Source of the DNA: an uncultured bacterium
GTDB lineage: Bacteria > Cyanobacteriota > Cyanobacteriia > Leptolyngbyales > Leptolyngbyaceae
Direction of reading: 5' to 3'
Assembly (NCBI GenBank): GCA_964494755.1
Contig: CAZBTL010000002.1
Coordinates: forward strand, 1 to 48,690
Length of the DNA stretch: 48,690 nucleotides
Position numbers and translations under genes: made by a program. This document shows positions 46,737 through 48,690 of the stretch, piece after piece (positions within the stretch are counted from its first letter, which is position 1; each line of letters opens with the position of its first letter). Below the pieces are notes generated by a model. It saw nothing but the letters and a program-made list of their open reading frames with translations. It was not told the origin of the DNA and searched no databases.

Positions 46737-48338
46737 CTAGGCCGATCCAGATTGGTTGCCGCTGCGGAGATTGAGCGAGGAACCGGTCGACCCCCGTTCC
46801 AGGTCTTCGGTAATTTTCGGTTTCAGCCGTTCAAATTCCGTTTGGAGCACCTGCTTGCTGGTAGCCGATTGGCCAACGGAAACCCAGGTTTTGCTGGTGA
46901 TCATCCATTGTTGCAACTGCAAGCACTGATTCGGGTTGAGTTTAACCGTAATCAAATGGGGCGACTGGCTAGGATTTTCCAGGGAAAACAGCAGCACCTG
47001 ATACTTGCCCTGTTCGGCTAGCAGTCGCAGCATTTCCTCCCCCTGGGAGGTTTTCAGATCCAAAAAGCAGCGCAACCAGCGCGGCCCCGATTGACTGTAC
47101 AGACGGTTATAAAGTGCCGTAATCCAGAGCACCACTGGATGGGGAGACATGGTGCAAAGGAAATTCTTATAGATGCGGTTATACAGTTTGTGCATCTGGA
47201 GGTTCTGAATTTCCTGCTCCGGCAGCATAGCCCATAGCGTCACCACCGTTTCGGAACTGGTGGCCAGGGTATGGGGAAAGACAATCTGGGCAACCGGTTT
47301 ATCTTTCGGCCAGATGGCAATTTTGGGAAGTTCATCCTCCGGGGCAACCGGTGTTGTCTCCGGTTCCAGGGTCGGTAGACTTTTAGCCAGTGCTTCGCCA
47401 ATCCGATAACTGATCTGGCGGCTGGCACTGTAGCGCTGCTCCAAGGGTTCCAGAGTGCGAATGATGTCGCCCGCCGACTGAGGCCGATCAGTCGGTAACT
47501 TGGACAGACAACTCATGACCAAATTTTCCAGAACCTTTGGCAGTTTCAGCGTCGGGTTGACTGACTCAATGGTGCGAGGCTGCTGGTAATGGTGGGTTTT
47601 GTACCAGCCGCCGAAGGAGTGGGTTTCCGCTTGCAGCGGCATCCGGCCCGTCAGCATCTCGAACATCATCACACCCAGACTGTAGATATCTGAGCGGGCA
47701 TCCAGTTCCCGACCTTCCATTTGCTCAGGGGAGGAATAGGCCAGGGTGCCCATGTAGGAGTTGGTCTGGCCAGCATCAGACTGCAAGAGTTTGATAATGC
47801 CAAAGTCAAGGATTTTGACCAACTCCCCCAGACTGGTGTCCTTAGTGACCAGGATATTGCTGGGTTTGATGTCTCGATGAATGATGGGGCAGAGCTGGTC
47901 ATCAATTAAAATGCCCTGATGGGCGCATTGCAGGCCCAGGGCAATTTGGCGGGTAATAGCCAGAAAGCGGGGCAGGGGAAGAGGCCCAGCGTTGATCAAC
48001 TCGCTCAGGCTTTCTCCATGCAGATATTCCATGACGTAGAAGGGAATGTCATCCTCATCAACGCCAAAATCTGTCACCCGGACAATGTGAATGCTTTTTT
48101 GGCCCAATTGGGCGCAGGTGCGGGCTTCCAAATAGAAGCGATCGCGCATTTTGGCATTGAGCAGAGTTTGGGCCAAAAACTTGACCGCAATCACCCCACC
48201 CAACAAATCATCTTCCGCCCGGTAAACCCGACCCATTGCCCCTTTACCCACTAGCTCAACTAGCCGGTAACGATTCGCTAGGACTCGTCCAATGTTGGGG
48301 TCAGACATAGAGATGAGGGAAGGAGATTTCTGTTCCAA
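46737..48338 (-). CDS. Hanks-type Ser/Thr protein kinase with an uncharacterised ~250-aa C-terminal domain
   Basis: Motifs GKGAMGRVY, VAVKF (catalytic Lys), HRDIKPSNIL, DFG and SPEQ. The C-terminal half has no transmembrane helix and no motif I recognise. Confidence 0.9.
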   Translation of the reverse strand: MEQKSPSLISMSDPNIGRVLANRYRLVELVGKGAMGRVYRAEDDLLGGVIAVKFLAQTLLNAKMRDRFYLEARTCAQLGQKSIHIVRVTDFGVDEDDIPFYVMEYLHGESLSELINAGPLPLPRFLAITRQIALGLQCAHQGILIDDQLCPIIHRDIKPSNILVTKDTSLGELVKILDFGIIKLLQSDAGQTNSYMGTLAYSSPEQMEGRELDARSDIYSLGVMMFEMLTGRMPLQAETHSFGGWYKTHHYQQPRTIESVNPTLKLPKVLENLVMSCLSKLPTDRPQSAGDIIRTLEPLEQRYSASRQISYRIGEALAKSLPTLEPETTPVAPEDELPKIAIWPKDKPVAQIVFPHTLATSSETVVTLWAMLPEQEIQNLQMHKLYNRIYKNFLCTMSPHPVVLWITALYNRLYSQSGPRWLRCFLDLKTSQGEEMLRLLAEQGKYQVLLFSLENPSQSPHLITVKLNPNQCLQLQQWMITSKTWVSVGQSATSKQVLQTEFERLKPKITEDLERGSTGSSLNLRSGNQSGSA

Positions 48339-48690
48339 GGAAGGACGAAAGGGGAGGGAGCATCTATTGGCTCTGGGTCAGTATCACACCTCCTATGGTT
48401 TAGTCATCCCGTAAAGCAACGAGAAGCGATCGCAGGATGAAAAAATTTTAAGCTTTGATTAAGCCGAAATCTATTTTTCTTTCAATCATATACTACAGGA
48501 TTTGTTGAAGTATCTTACCGAACATCTCGTTATTCTAGTTTCCGTACAAATCTCTACTCGTCACCTATAGCAATCCTAAATGACTGGTGAACGACTGGAT
48601 GGTGAAAGGGCTTTGTGAGAAGGATTTCCTGCGGCAACCTTTCACAATCCTAATCGGATCGCTATAGCCAGCTTGCAATTGGAATGGCAA

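Noticed and set aside
1-48690. CRISPR arrays, rRNA genes, intact IS/transposase, integrase, prophage or recognisable defence operons (RM, Abi, CBASS, retron, DGR)
   Set aside because: I looked for regularly spaced direct repeats in every intergenic region and for hallmark motifs (DDE, Tyr/Ser recombinase, RT YxDD, Cas) in all ORFs of 60 aa or more. None was found. The only dispersed repeats are HIP1 octamers and the 112-bp element.

Overview
Cyanobacterial chromosomal DNA. The evidence is frequent HIP1 palindromes (GCGATCGC) plus petN, a Ycf51-like gene and the chloroplast-type tRNA-Glu(UUC). Sampled 60-nt lines give roughly 55-58% GC. Most of the window is ordinary housekeeping: an A-type Fe-S carrier (iscA-like), a translationally coupled Fe-ADH-like dehydrogenase and class-I aminotransferase, rsmB, leuC, purL-purF, glyA, a WecA-like GT4 transferase, an LCP-family protein, a U32-family protein, tRNA-Leu(CAA) and tRNA-Glu(UUC). 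Signalling and envelope genes include a histidine kinase, a Hanks-type Ser/Thr kinase, a PPP-type phosphatase, an M48 peptidase and a ShlB/FhaC-type outer-membrane transporter. I find no CRISPR array, no intact transposase, integrase or phage gene, no rRNA, and no complete recognisable defence system. I cannot honestly point to one clear novel system. The points most worth a second look are: (1) a 112-bp MITE-like element in two inverted copies, 111/112 identical and 30.4 kb apart; (2) two small genes missing from the ORF track, petN and a co-transcribed 52-aa membrane ORF; (3) a low-GC sucrose synthase gene that looks horizontally acquired; (4) a co-oriented envelope gene trio, whose largest member has a PLD-like domain with all HKD catalytic positions substituted; (5) a histidine kinase with an intact H-box but a degenerate ATP-binding domain; (6) an orphan TpsB transporter with a long structured leader; (7) five apparent gene remnants (PIN, DUF29, glycoside-hydrolase-like, rubrerythrin, ABC ATPase). 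All family assignments come from motif recognition by eye and need database confirmation.
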